Source: a virus
IMG/VR virus record: IMGVR_UViG_3300021426_000096
Direction: 5' to 3' (one strand)
DNA length: 64,000 bases
The notes under the pieces: generated by a model
Database searches by the model: none
Seen by the model: only the letters and a program-made list of their open reading frames with translations
What the model was told of the DNA's origin: nothing
In this document: positions 17,578 through 27,008 of the stretch, one piece after another
How positions within the stretch are numbered: the stretch's first letter is position 1
Layout: every line of letters begins with the position of its first letter
Translations under genes and position numbers: made by a program

Positions 17578-18177
17578 ATGAAGATTACTAATAAATTGGC
17601 AAAAGAAATGGGAAGTCTTCTCAAGAAGCAGGCTGCCCTTGCAAAAAAGACAGGAGTCAAGGTGATTCAGTCCAACCGTTTCAACCGTGACAGTGTTGTG
17701 GGTCATCTCATTGATGAGAACATTGATATGAACACCAATCTCCATGGTTGGGATGGTGTCCTGTCCAATGGGACTTATTTTGAGAACAAGAATATCAAAG
17801 CAGGTGTAAAGAGTGGAGCATCCTTTGGTCTCCGTCTCCAAGACACCTCCTTGGATAAGCTCACTGAACTGGAAGATGGTGTGTTCATTGCCAACTCCTT
17901 CTGGGACAATGGTGAACCGGCGTTCCTTATGATAGGAAACACCAGGAGTGTGAGTCATCACATCAATGCCTCCTACAATCCTCACTCCAGGAAGACCTCC
18001 ACTGTCAGTATGATGAACTGTATCAAGAATGGTTTCAAGATCGTGGCAGTCAACTACACCAAAAAGGAAGTCTGGGATACCATTTCCACCAAGTTCCCCA
18101 GCATCAGCAATATGATGTCCATCAATGACATCTGTACCAAGAAGGATCTTCCTGAACTGGTTGCAGAACTGTCCTAA
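17578..18177 (+). CDS. hypothetical protein
   Basis: 199-aa ORF. Confidence 0.5.
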   Translation: MKITNKLAKEMGSLLKKQAALAKKTGVKVIQSNRFNRDSVVGHLIDENIDMNTNLHGWDGVLSNGTYFENKNIKAGVKSGASFGLRLQDTSLDKLTELEDGVFIANSFWDNGEPAFLMIGNTRSVSHHINASYNPHSRKTSTVSMMNCIKNGFKIVAVNYTKKEVWDTISTKFPSISNMMSINDICTKKDLPELVAELS

Positions 18178-18240
18178 ATCCTGCGACTACGAAGTGGACA
18201 ATACCGTAAATATAGTATACAACTAAACAGCTTAATAACT

Positions 18241-18654
18241 ATGAGTGCATGGGGTGATATGATGAAAAGAGGTTCAGGTGAGGAAGAAAGAATAGAAGAT
18301 AAATCTATCTTCCTTGAAGTTACTGATGGTTTCAAACCTTCCACACTTGAAAATATGATGAAAGAGGGTATTGTTCACTTCCAATACAGAAAGAAACCCA
18401 AGAAAGGTCAGACAGTAGGTGAAATCAGAGATGCTTGGGGAACCAAGAATATGTCTGTTGTCTCCAAGATTCCTCACGGTGGAGACTGTCCACCAAAGAG
18501 AGTGGGTTATACCATCTACTTTGATGTGGAGAAGGCTGATTGGAGAGCCTACTGGGATGGAAATGTGATTGGTGCATGGAGTAAAGTATACACAGAAGAA
18601 GAGTTTCATAAAGAACTTGCCAAGGAATTGGAAGAAGAAACTCCCACAGAATAA
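18241..18654 (+). CDS. hypothetical protein (paralog family with 16147 and, N-terminally, 24719)
   Basis: MSAWGDMMKRGSGEE N-terminus shared with 24719 (MTAWGDMMKRGVGEG); C-terminus shared with 16147. Confidence 0.5.
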   Translation: MSAWGDMMKRGSGEEERIEDKSIFLEVTDGFKPSTLENMMKEGIVHFQYRKKPKKGQTVGEIRDAWGTKNMSVVSKIPHGGDCPPKRVGYTIYFDVEKADWRAYWDGNVIGAWSKVYTEEEFHKELAKELEEETPTE

Positions 18655-18682
18655 TGATCAATCCATTTGATCAATAACATCG
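18655..18682 (+). promoter_or_regulatory. palindromic operator-like site TGATCAA-N5-TTGATCA plus a 13-mer shared with window positions 9-21
   Basis: TGATCAATCCATTTGATCAATAACATC directly upstream of the 18710 gene. Confidence 0.35.
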
Positions 18683-18709
18683 ATGTTTAACCTTTAATTA
18701 TTTGTTGTC

Positions 18710-18949
18710 ATGAGAAAGAACAAGACTGTTCGTACTATTCTTCTTGACTTTGTTGAAGCAAACGGTCCTCAGACCTGGAATGACCTGAAGAAGGTTGTCC
18801 TTATCGCCTCCGGTCAGCCTCTCGACAGACATGAGTATGGCAGCTCCTACCTGGATCAGGTCTCTGGTTCATCTGTGTGCTTCCCTACCCGTAATGAGAG
18901 TCGCTATCTCGTCAAGAAGTCTGATGGTCTCTATCACCTTGTGAAGTAG
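18710..18949 (+). CDS. small putative DNA-binding (winged-helix-like) protein
   Basis: 79 aa, higher GC than its neighbours; lies between a palindrome and its own terminator; fold assignment is a guess. Confidence 0.4.
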   Translation: MRKNKTVRTILLDFVEANGPQTWNDLKKVVLIASGQPLDRHEYGSSYLDQVSGSSVCFPTRNESRYLVKKSDGLYHLVK

Positions 18950-18975
18950 ACTGAAAAAAGATGAAATTTTTTGAC

Positions 18976-19004
18976 CTCCTGGTGTAAAATCCCAGGAGGT
19001 TTTG
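18976..19004 (+). terminator. rho-independent terminator
   Basis: CCTCCTGGtgtaaaatCCCAGGAGG TTTTG. Confidence 0.6.
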
Positions 19005-19039
19005 TTATATTTACTATGTAAGTAATCAATGAATTAAGA

Positions 19040-19645
19040 ATGGATAAATTAAGTTATGCAATTGGTATGAGTATTGGTCAGAATATGATCAATGCAGGTA
19101 TTGACAATATTGAATTTGATGATTTCCTCAAGGGAGTGAAAGTCATCTTCAATGAAACGAAACCAGAGATTTCTGTGGAGTATGGTAACCAGATTCTTCA
19201 GACTTATTTTGAAAAGAAAAAGAAGGAAGAGGAGAAGAGACAGAAGGAGGAGAGTGAGAAGAGACTGAAAGAAGGTGAAGAGTTCCTCAAGAAGAACTCC
19301 AGAGAGGAAGGAGTGCAGGTGACTGCATCAGGACTTCAGTATAAAGTGATTTCCAAGGGGGATGGACAGCAGCCCGGTCCTCACGGCAGAGTGAAGTGCC
19401 ATTATGAGGGAAGGTTCATTGATGGACAGGTCTTTGACTCATCATATAAGAGAGGTGAACCCACAGTCTTTGGACTTGATCAGGTCATCCCTGGCTGGAC
19501 AGAAGGTCTGCAACTGATGAATGTTGGATCCAAGTATGAGTTCTACATTCCTGGAGATCTTGGATATGGTGAGAGAGGAATTCCTGGTCATATTCCTGGA
19601 AACACTGTTCTAATCTTCACAGTTGAATTGTTAAACATTGAGTAA
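19040..19645 (+). CDS. FKBP-type peptidyl-prolyl cis-trans isomerase (FkpA/FklB-like)
   Basis: GLQYKVISKGDG..P.....VKCHYEGRFIDGQVFDSSYKRGEPTVFGLDQVIPGWTEGLQLMNVGSKYEFYIPGDLGYGERGIPGHIPGNTVLIFTVELL matches the FKBP fold signature throughout. Confidence 0.8.
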   Translation: MDKLSYAIGMSIGQNMINAGIDNIEFDDFLKGVKVIFNETKPEISVEYGNQILQTYFEKKKKEEEKRQKEESEKRLKEGEEFLKKNSREEGVQVTASGLQYKVISKGDGQQPGPHGRVKCHYEGRFIDGQVFDSSYKRGEPTVFGLDQVIPGWTEGLQLMNVGSKYEFYIPGDLGYGERGIPGHIPGNTVLIFTVELLNIE

Positions 19646-19647
19646 TT

Positions 19648-20076
19648 ATGGAGATAAAAATCAATATAGATGAGTCCAAGTTCCAGGAAGTACTGGAAAA
19701 GGAACTAGCAGCCTTCTCCAATGAGGAGATACATGAAATCATGAAGGGTGCAATCAAAGAGTATCTCAACAAGGAGGAGGTTTTGAAAGATATGATTAAC
19801 AAACCACAGACTGATCGCTGGGGATGTTCTATCAAAGACACCAGTGTGTTACAGAAGTTTGTCAACAATGTGGATTTGTCTGACATCTTTGCAGAACCCA
19901 AGGAGAAGATCAAAGACATCATCTCCAATGATGAGACTCTGAAGAAAGCAGCAGTGGAGATTCTTGCCAATATATTCAAGGACAGGTTTATGAATGCCTT
20001 TACTCAAGATTATACTTTCTTGAACCAACTGGCAGACAGGGTGGCATATACATTGTCTTCAAGATCACAGCAGTAA
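19648..20076 (+). CDS. hypothetical protein
   Basis: 142-aa ORF. Confidence 0.5.
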   Translation: MEIKINIDESKFQEVLEKELAAFSNEEIHEIMKGAIKEYLNKEEVLKDMINKPQTDRWGCSIKDTSVLQKFVNNVDLSDIFAEPKEKIKDIISNDETLKKAAVEILANIFKDRFMNAFTQDYTFLNQLADRVAYTLSSRSQQ

Positions 20077-20109
20077 GTCATCATATGTCCAGATTCCAAC
20101 ATGTAATTG

Positions 20110-20176
20110 ACTAATCTGGACAATAATCTGGACAAAGTGTCTTGATTTTACTAATCTGGGCAAGTATCTGGACAAC
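20110..20176 (+). repeat. four direct copies of (TA)ATCTGGACAA (iteron-like)
   Basis: ATCTGGACAA at 20114, 20126, 20166; variant ATCTGGGCAA at 20154. Confidence 0.6.
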
Positions 20177-20185
20177 TTGATCTCT

Positions 20186-20202
20186 ACGATGACGATTTGC
20201 GA
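20186..20202 (+). repeat. RCGA-triplet intergenic motif (ACGA-tg-ACGA-tttg-CGA)
   Basis: Between the ATCTGGACAA iterons and promoter 20235. Confidence 0.7.
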
Positions 20203-20234
20203 CAAAAAGAAATTGAAAGATTTTTGAAGAAAAA

Positions 20235-20266
20235 TTTGGATATATCGGAAAAATGTATTATCTTTG
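20235..20266 (+). promoter_or_regulatory. Bacteroidetes-type promoter repeat
   Basis: TTTG 20235-20238, TATCTTTG 20259-20266. Confidence 0.6.
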
Positions 20267-20293
20267 TAGTGGAAACAAAAAGATAAACAAGAT

Positions 20294-20581
20294 ATGTCCA
20301 CCTTTGCAAACATCATCACCAACTGTGTGTTCTTTTTCGTCTTTGCCATCATTATGTTGGTATCCATCCTCATCTTCATCCAGGCGATTCTGGATCTCTG
20401 GGACAAGATTGGAAGGGATGTGTTCAGGAGTATCAATGATTGGTTCCGCCGCACTGATGCAGGTGCAAGGATGATCAATCTGAAGAATGGAATCACCATC
20501 CTTACTGATGATGAGTATGAAGAGATGCTCTATGGAGGGCAGATTAAGTACAATATCATCATTGATAATAAGGAGGAGTAA
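20294..20581 (+). CDS. small membrane protein
   Basis: CVFFFVFAIIMLVSILIFI helix. Confidence 0.45.
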   Translation: MSTFANIITNCVFFFVFAIIMLVSILIFIQAILDLWDKIGRDVFRSINDWFRRTDAGARMINLKNGITILTDDEYEEMLYGGQIKYNIIIDNKEE

Positions 20582-20586
20582 TTGAT

Positions 20587-20973
20587 ATGAGAATGAGTTT
20601 CTGGGAATCCATTAAACTGGCTCCGACATATGATCTCGTGTTCGCCGCCATTTCCATCATCCTTATCATTGGGGCGATTGTCTTCTTCACCTATGTGGGT
20701 ATCAAAGAACATAAGGCAAGGAAAGCTGTTGATGCCTTCATCTTTGAACACCTGGATAAGATTTCCAATATTCAGAATACTATCTATAAATGTAAGTATC
20801 TGGAAGAGTTTGATATGGTCAAGCGATGGGCGATCGCAAGCGCAGAGAATATGTATAATGAAATGGTCAGTATTTCAGAAAATGCTGGTCATGATGAAGG
20901 GAAAAAATTAGTATTAGATATTAAACATAGGCTTTCCATCAAAGAAGAGGAATTGTGTAAATCCGAACTTTGA
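20587..20973 (+). CDS. membrane protein
   Basis: FAAISIILIIGAIVFFTYVGI helix. Confidence 0.45.
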   Translation: MRMSFWESIKLAPTYDLVFAAISIILIIGAIVFFTYVGIKEHKARKAVDAFIFEHLDKISNIQNTIYKCKYLEEFDMVKRWAIASAENMYNEMVSISENAGHDEGKKLVLDIKHRLSIKEEELCKSEL

Positions 20974-21070
20974 TGATGTAGAAGAAAAGTTTTCGAGGCA
21001 GACTTTTTTCTGGGACACCCCAGGTTGCCAAAGAATACTTATGTTGTTTTCATGTTGTTATGTGTTTTTT

Positions 21071-21112
21071 GGGGTGTCAGAATGTTGTGAAATGTGCTGG
21101 CACCCATTTTTT
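21071..21112 (+). terminator. candidate terminator hairpin in a structured 155-bp gap
   Basis: GGGGTGTCAG...CTGGCACCC followed by ATTTTTTT. Confidence 0.35.
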
Positions 21113-21130
21113 TAAAAAGCAAGAACAGTT

Positions 21131-21367
21131 ATGAAAGATAAAATTGGATTAATATTATTACTGGTCTTTATGTTCTTTATGGAGGTTGTTCCTGCCATCT
21201 GGTATAGCAAGAAAGACAGGGAACTCATAGATTACATCAAAGAGAGAAACAAAGAGATGGAACAATGTGTCATCTTCTGTGAGGACAAGAATGATTCCTT
21301 ACAGTACCAGAAGTTCCTGGAAGCAGTAGAAGAAATTTATGGATATGATAGAGAAAACTTACAATAA
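21131..21367 (+). CDS. small membrane protein
   Basis: IGLILLLVFMFFMEVVPAIWY helix. Confidence 0.45.
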   Translation: MKDKIGLILLLVFMFFMEVVPAIWYSKKDRELIDYIKERNKEMEQCVIFCEDKNDSLQYQKFLEAVEEIYGYDRENLQ

Positions 21368-21689
21368 ACTTACCAAGATCGGTAAATGGATGGACAAGAA
21401 CAGTCTCATCCATAGGACTGTTGACAATATCAACAATGATCCTGAATGTGGTTGGTTGTTCCTGACCACTGTCCTCCTCCTTGGGGGATTTGGAGTGGCC
21501 TGTTGCCTCATTTGGTTCTATTTACTCATTGAGCAGGGAATGCCAATTGGGTGGATCATCTTCGACACCGCAATCGTGATCTTCTGTGGATGGGCTGTGG
21601 TCAAGTGTATTGTACCTATGTCCAAGGAGTGTTATAAAGAAATTGACAGAAAGAGAAAAGAACAAGAAAAGGACGTTCAAGAAAAATGA
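21339..21689 (+). CDS. membrane protein (start uncertain; could be 21390)
   Basis: Two TM helices; track start overlaps the upstream gene by 29 nt. Confidence 0.4.
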   Translation: MDMIEKTYNKLTKIGKWMDKNSLIHRTVDNINNDPECGWLFLTTVLLLGGFGVACCLIWFYLLIEQGMPIGWIIFDTAIVIFCGWAVVKCIVPMSKECYKEIDRKRKEQEKDVQEK

Positions 21690-22066
21690 TGTGTTCATTT
21701 TTTGTGAACAGCCCTAAAAAATTGAACAATATGTGGACTGAAAAAGAAATTAAAGACCTGAGGGGTCAGGCATATGATTTATTTAAGACAGAGATTCCCC
21801 TATCAGGTGAAATTGAAAAGATTCAGGTTTTCATCAACCAGAGTCAATATGGTTTCAGGAAGGCGAGTCCTAAACTGATCAAGACCATCAAGTCTGCCAT
21901 TGAGTGGATACCTAATTACTGGACGTTCCCTATGGAGATTGACATACCTGATTCTGTGATGGACATCATCCGCCAGCAGTGTACTGAAATGATGTATAGC
22001 AAGTGTGATGAACTGGCAACCCTCTGTAATTATCAACCTGACAAAATGGCAGAAGCAGAGGCCTGA
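21686..22066 (+). CDS. hypothetical protein
   Basis: 126-aa ORF; ATGA overlap with the upstream stop. Confidence 0.45.
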   Translation: MMCSFFVNSPKKLNNMWTEKEIKDLRGQAYDLFKTEIPLSGEIEKIQVFINQSQYGFRKASPKLIKTIKSAIEWIPNYWTFPMEIDIPDSVMDIIRQQCTEMMYSKCDELATLCNYQPDKMAEAEA

Positions 22067-22083
22067 CAGAATGACAGATTGTT

Positions 22084-22761
22084 ATGGAAGAGTATAACAC
22101 CAAATATCCCAGAACTTATCATGTTCCCTGGTCACCTGGGGCTACTTCTGATGACAAGAAGCAGCCCGATGACTGGTTCTATGCCTATGGATGGGCAGGG
22201 AGTGAGATAGTGATCACTGAGAAGTTAGATGGTGAGAATACAGCTTTCCAGAATGGAGATGTATACAGTAGGAGTCATGCTGTTCCTACCAGGTCTCCCT
22301 GGTCAAGGAATCTGTGGGACACTGATGGTCTCCTGTGGAAAGTGAAAAGTAAAATCACAGGAGATGAGATCATCTATGGAGAGAATCTCTATGGTGAACA
22401 CAGTATCCATTATGACAAACTGCCGGCATACTTCTTCGCCTTCGCATATCGTAGAGGAAATCATTGGTTTCCCTGGGATGATGTGGTGATGATGAGTGAA
22501 ATCCTGGATGTTCCCACTGTCCCGGTACTGTGGAGAGGGGTGATAGAGACTGAACCTCAACTGAGGAGACTGGCCGCACAGTTTATGGCAGAACCCTCCA
22601 CCTATGGTGACACCAAGGAAGGAGTGGTGATGAGGAAGGTTGAAGGGTTTGACAATGATGATTTCTCCAAGAATGTGGTCAAGTATGTCAGGGAGAATCA
22701 TGTACAGACTGACCAGCATTGGACAAGGAACTGGAAGAGAGCAGAATTGATAATAAAATGA
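22084..22761 (+). CDS. ATP-dependent RNA ligase, Rnl2-like / RNA_ligase family
   Basis: Motif I TEKLDGENTAF (KxDGxN adenylation lysine), motif IV EGVVMRKVEG, motif V NVVKYVREN; order and spacing as in T4 Rnl2. Confidence 0.6.
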   Translation: MEEYNTKYPRTYHVPWSPGATSDDKKQPDDWFYAYGWAGSEIVITEKLDGENTAFQNGDVYSRSHAVPTRSPWSRNLWDTDGLLWKVKSKITGDEIIYGENLYGEHSIHYDKLPAYFFAFAYRRGNHWFPWDDVVMMSEILDVPTVPVLWRGVIETEPQLRRLAAQFMAEPSTYGDTKEGVVMRKVEGFDNDDFSKNVVKYVRENHVQTDQHWTRNWKRAELIIK

Positions 22762-23288
22762 AGACATTATTCATACACCCGGCAGATCCATCAACCAGAT
22801 TCTGTGAAATCATTTACAAAGATTACCAGGATATGGATGATGTGACCATCATAACTGGTTCAAGGACTCCCAGATCCATCATCAAAGAGGAACTCAAGAA
22901 GAATGATAGGATAGTGTTTATGGGGCATGGTACAGAATCAGGTCTTCTTGATATATATGGTAACAGATATGTCATCACTTCAGAAGATCTTCAACTGTTC
23001 AGGGACAAACCTGTCATCTGTTATTGGTGTAATGCCAATATATTTGCAGAGAAGTATGACCTTAATGCATTTGCTACTGGTATGTTTGTATCAGAAATCA
23101 AAGAGGCAAGATGGTATAACCTGCCCTTGGATCAGAACCTCCTTGACAATTCCAATGAACTCTTCTGTAAGATTCTGTCAAGATGTGTGTTTGATGACCC
23201 CAAGACAATAAGAACCATCATTGAAAGAGGATATGTTGGTGACAATCCCATCATCAAGTTCAATAGACAGTGTATGGGATTTGAATAG
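22758..23288 (+). CDS. hypothetical protein
   Basis: Start at MKTLFIHP overlapping the ligase stop (ATGA). Confidence 0.45.
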   Translation: MKTLFIHPADPSTRFCEIIYKDYQDMDDVTIITGSRTPRSIIKEELKKNDRIVFMGHGTESGLLDIYGNRYVITSEDLQLFRDKPVICYWCNANIFAEKYDLNAFATGMFVSEIKEARWYNLPLDQNLLDNSNELFCKILSRCVFDDPKTIRTIIERGYVGDNPIIKFNRQCMGFE

Positions 23289-23309
23289 ATAATAATAAAT
23301 TAGATAATT

Positions 23310-23537
23310 ATGAATATTAATATTTTTAGACAGGAAGAGGGGAAGAAATTCCAAATCTCCTTTTCTGATGTTAACAGCAATGGACAGGAATTTGGAGGAT
23401 CCATCATCCTGGATGTTGAGGATGTGAAGATGCTCAATGAAAAGATATCAGAGGAACTCAAGAATCTGAACAAACCGGAAGAGGAGATTGTCTGGAATCC
23501 CAAGTCCCAGAGGCATGAGAAAGTAGTTAGAAAGTAG
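23310..23537 (+). CDS. hypothetical protein
   Basis: 75-aa ORF. Confidence 0.45.
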   Translation: MNINIFRQEEGKKFQISFSDVNSNGQEFGGSIILDVEDVKMLNEKISEELKNLNKPEEEIVWNPKSQRHEKVVRK

Positions 23538-23542
23538 ACATT

Positions 23543-23917
23543 ATGACCCAAGAAGAGATTAAAGAGTATGAAAGACTTGACTCCATCTTCCAGAATGATG
23601 CAATGAGAGTCAAGAAGATTCTCCTAGGATATGATGTGTATCGGGAACCCTGGTACAATTACATTGGATATGCCCATCACTTTGAGATCAGTGGAGAAGA
23701 AGTCCTATGGGAAGGGACTGATAATGATAATGATTCTGTCAGTGGTAGTTTCCCTGCCAAGTATCTGACAATGGATGAGGATGCTATCAGGAAAGAGTGT
23801 CAGGAAGCATCTGAAAAATATCACCAGGAGCAGAAGAAGAAAGAGCAGGAACGAGCGAAACGAGATCGTGAGTACAGATACAAAATGTATTTAGAACTGA
23901 AAAAAGAATTTAAGTAA
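23543..23917 (+). CDS. hypothetical protein
   Basis: 124-aa ORF. Confidence 0.5.
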   Translation: MTQEEIKEYERLDSIFQNDAMRVKKILLGYDVYREPWYNYIGYAHHFEISGEEVLWEGTDNDNDSVSGSFPAKYLTMDEDAIRKECQEASEKYHQEQKKKEQERAKRDREYRYKMYLELKKEFK

Positions 23918-23918
23918 T

Positions 23919-24356
23919 ATGAGTGAACTGAAATGGACAGATATCTGGCAGGCACCCTTCTGGTGTGATCGTTATGGATATGTGTGGAGTGCAGAAAACA
24001 TTATGACCTTCACTGTTGATGACCTGACAGAGGAGAATGACAAGTGGATACAGGAATTCTGTGCCAACCTTGTCAAGGCACTCAATGGTGAAGAGTGCCA
24101 GCAGTATGAGAACCTCCATATTGAGGATGGTTGTGATCTCTACTATGGTGACAGGATGATTGGATCCTTCAGGGGATGGGGTCATCTGACTGGTAGCGGG
24201 TCATCTGCATTGCACCTTTCTGAAGAGAAAGCAGCATCCATCCAGGACGAGTTGATCAATTATGTGATTGGAAAGATGTCCACTGGTTTTAAAAAGGTAA
24301 CTCACCAGGAACTGGAGAATCTCCGAATCCCTGTGTATGATAAAATGATAGAATAA
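23919..24356 (+). CDS. hypothetical protein
   Basis: 145-aa ORF. Confidence 0.5.
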   Translation: MSELKWTDIWQAPFWCDRYGYVWSAENIMTFTVDDLTEENDKWIQEFCANLVKALNGEECQQYENLHIEDGCDLYYGDRMIGSFRGWGHLTGSGSSALHLSEEKAASIQDELINYVIGKMSTGFKKVTHQELENLRIPVYDKMIE

Positions 24357-24706
24357 TGGACACATTAGTAGAAAAGATAAAGGACATTATCCTGGAGAAC
24401 AACTACTTTGACACCCTTGCCGGTCAGAGATTCCAGGAGTGGAATGGTGTCAATAGGTTCAGAGCAGTCATTGCCTTTGCTGGCAGATCCAAGGAGTTCA
24501 AGTCTTATGAACTTCACAATGCTGCATCTGACAGTGATGCCATCTATGTGACCCATTTGCTGTTGGATTACAATGACAACATCTTGGTGCAGATCAGTCC
24601 AGAGGATACTGATGACTTCAGTGTGATTCTCCGGCCTAATGTAGAACCCATTGATGACTTTGATGAGGAGATCATTGAAGAATGGGTGGATTTATTAACA
24701 TTTTAA
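24356..24706 (+). CDS. hypothetical protein
   Basis: 116-aa ORF. Confidence 0.5.
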   Translation: MDTLVEKIKDIILENNYFDTLAGQRFQEWNGVNRFRAVIAFAGRSKEFKSYELHNAASDSDAIYVTHLLLDYNDNILVQISPEDTDDFSVILRPNVEPIDDFDEEIIEEWVDLLTF

Positions 24707-24718
24707 AATTATTTAGTT

Positions 24719-25183
24719 ATGACAGCATGGGGTGATATGATGAAGAGGGGAGTAGGTGAAGGTATAAGAGGAGAAGATTTCTCACAAATCTACTACGACA
24801 ACGATGATGCGAAGAAACCAATAGTTGTTGAGGAGAAAGAGTATAAAAGTTTCTCTTATTTCATCTGCACTAATGGTGATTATCCTATCCTGGACATCAG
24901 GACAGATGGGCATGGTATATCTGTCTTCTCTGGATACAGTGTGGTCGCCCTGAAATTCCCTGACATTGGTAGTTATGAGTTGAAAAGGGAACTGTTGAAT
25001 GGTAATGAGACCAAGTATCTGTATGAGTTCAACAAGAATGGAGATTACATCCACAATACAGAGAACCAAACCAAAGATGGAGATGGTCATAAGTACACAG
25101 TCAAGGAACTGGAGGAATATGCAGAGAAATTCATTGACAGAATCATTGAATGTGAGGATGAGAAATTTAAGCACACTGATTAG
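24719..25183 (+). CDS. hypothetical protein (N-terminus paralogous to 18241)
   Basis: MTAWGDMMKRGVGEG. Confidence 0.5.
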   Translation: MTAWGDMMKRGVGEGIRGEDFSQIYYDNDDAKKPIVVEEKEYKSFSYFICTNGDYPILDIRTDGHGISVFSGYSVVALKFPDIGSYELKRELLNGNETKYLYEFNKNGDYIHNTENQTKDGDGHKYTVKELEEYAEKFIDRIIECEDEKFKHTD

Positions 25184-25319
25184 TGATGTGTCTGAAATTC
25201 ACTGACATAAGATGATCATGTAATGAACAGATATCTATAAATATAGTATGGTATATTATACAATAGACTGACGAACACGGACTGCGATAATAAAAAATTG
25301 CAAAAAAAGTTTAAAAAAA

Positions 25320-25351
25320 TTTGGAGATTTCGTTTTTTTGTTGTATCTTTG
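25320..25351 (+). promoter_or_regulatory. Bacteroidetes-type promoter repeat
   Basis: TTTG 25320-25323, TATCTTTG 25344-25351. Confidence 0.6.
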
Positions 25352-25386
25352 TACCAGGAAAGAATATATAATAAAACACAATAGCT

Positions 25387-26010
25387 ATGAAAGCCGTTAA
25401 AATTAGTAAAATCATTTGGAATCTTGATCATCTTAACCCCGCAGATAAGGGTAAGGCCAAAGCCAAGCTTCCTACTGCAAAAGGATTCCTTGCAAGTGAT
25501 GATTTTGAGGTTGTTGAGAAAGTTCCTAATCTTCTCAAAAAGAAATTCGGATATGACATCATCAACTTCAGTTATACAGAGGTCCATATTTCTGAAACCC
25601 TTGAAGCCCTCTTGAAGGCCTTTACTCCTAAGGGTGAGAAACCTGGAAAACTCTTCAATACCAAGGGTGAACTGTCAGATTTTGGTTCTGATTGCTATAA
25701 CAAGCTCATTGATTCCATCAATCGCCGTAAGGATTTGGAGGCAAAAGGCACTCCTGATGAGGATATGCCCAAGATTCTTGATAAGGTGATGTTCTCTATT
25801 GAGAAAATCACCGGTATGGACTGGGAAGGTACTTCCGCTGATGAGTTCAAAGCAGAAATTGACAGTATCCTCCAAACCAAGATCGAGGATTACATCAAAT
25901 CCAATGAGGTAAAGAAGGCACTCCGCAAAGAAGCCAAGAAATCCCTGAAAGATGAGATGAAGGCAATGGAAGATGAGGGTGATTCTGATTCTGATATTGA
26001 TGAAGAGTAA
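25387..26010 (+). CDS. hypothetical protein with acidic C-terminus
   Basis: 207 aa ending EDEGDSDSDIDEE. Confidence 0.5.
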   Translation: MKAVKISKIIWNLDHLNPADKGKAKAKLPTAKGFLASDDFEVVEKVPNLLKKKFGYDIINFSYTEVHISETLEALLKAFTPKGEKPGKLFNTKGELSDFGSDCYNKLIDSINRRKDLEAKGTPDEDMPKILDKVMFSIEKITGMDWEGTSADEFKAEIDSILQTKIEDYIKSNEVKKALRKEAKKSLKDEMKAMEDEGDSDSDIDEE

Positions 26011-26059
26011 TCCGCAATCCGCAATCGCCTGATGTTTGTTGCTTAATACTTATTAATAT

Positions 26060-26704
26060 ATGCCGACTGGATATACTGCATTTATTGAGAATGGAGAGGT
26101 GAAGACCGCCAAGCAGTTCCTCCACCTTTGTTTGAGGGCCTTTGGAATCTGTGTCAGAATGAAGGATGATTCCCTGGAAGTAGAGGATGACTATACCCAG
26201 AAGATCATTGATGGTTATCAGGCAAGCATTGATTACCATCAGGAACACCTGGATGAAGCCAAGAAGGATCTCAAAACTTATCAGGAGATGAGTGATGATG
26301 AGATGTGTGTCAAGTACATCCAGGAGACATCAGAGAGAATCAAGGATCTTCAGAAGAATATCACCAAGGAGTTTGTGGAGTATGGAGATTACCTGAGGAT
26401 TCAAGATCAAATCAAGAAATGGAACTGTGATGAGGAGTTCAGTGAGATCAAGGAATTTGCCCTTAACCAAATTAAGATTTCAATCCCTGATAATTCCTTC
26501 TATGAAGAGGAGTTGGCCAAGTGTGGCAAACCCACCAAGGAAGGATATGAGGAAAGGAGAGAAGAATATCGCAATTCGCTGATCAAGCATGCCCAGTGGG
26601 ATGTAGAGTATCACACCAATGAGATTGACAGACTCCTGAAATCCAAAGCAGATGCCCTGGCATTCTATCAGAGGTTTAAAAAAGAACTGGAAAAACTGAA
26701 ATAA
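26060..26704 (+). CDS. hypothetical coiled-coil protein
   Basis: 214-aa ORF. Confidence 0.5.
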   Translation: MPTGYTAFIENGEVKTAKQFLHLCLRAFGICVRMKDDSLEVEDDYTQKIIDGYQASIDYHQEHLDEAKKDLKTYQEMSDDEMCVKYIQETSERIKDLQKNITKEFVEYGDYLRIQDQIKKWNCDEEFSEIKEFALNQIKISIPDNSFYEEELAKCGKPTKEGYEERREEYRNSLIKHAQWDVEYHTNEIDRLLKSKADALAFYQRFKKELEKLK

Positions 26705-26705
26705 C

Positions 26706-27008
26706 ATGATCGGTACTACTGTAAAACAATCCAAGGAACTGTTGAAAGCAGGTGTTGCCAGTTCCACAGCAGATATGACTTATATCCTTAATCCAAAGGA
26801 TGGCGGATACACACTGATTGCCCAACCTCCCAAGTTTATGGAAGATATTCCCTGTTGGTCAATGGGGAGACTGTGGGAGATCTGTCAGGGAAGGAATATA
26901 GACCTGGAGTTCTTCACGGCTGGTGATTGTTTGGATACAGTCATTTCCACTATGGTGAAGGAGATTGTTAATGATATCAACGAAACCAAGAAATCTAATA
27001 TTAAGTAA
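26706..27008 (+). CDS. hypothetical protein
   Basis: 100-aa ORF. Confidence 0.45.
   Translation: MIGTTVKQSKELLKAGVASSTADMTYILNPKDGGYTLIAQPPKFMEDIPCWSMGRLWEICQGRNIDLEFFTAGDCLDTVISTMVKEIVNDINETKKSNIK

Noticed and set aside
22303-22767. 154-aa antisense ORF opposite the RNA ligase
   Set aside because: The ligase frame carries motifs I, IV and V; the antisense ORF has none
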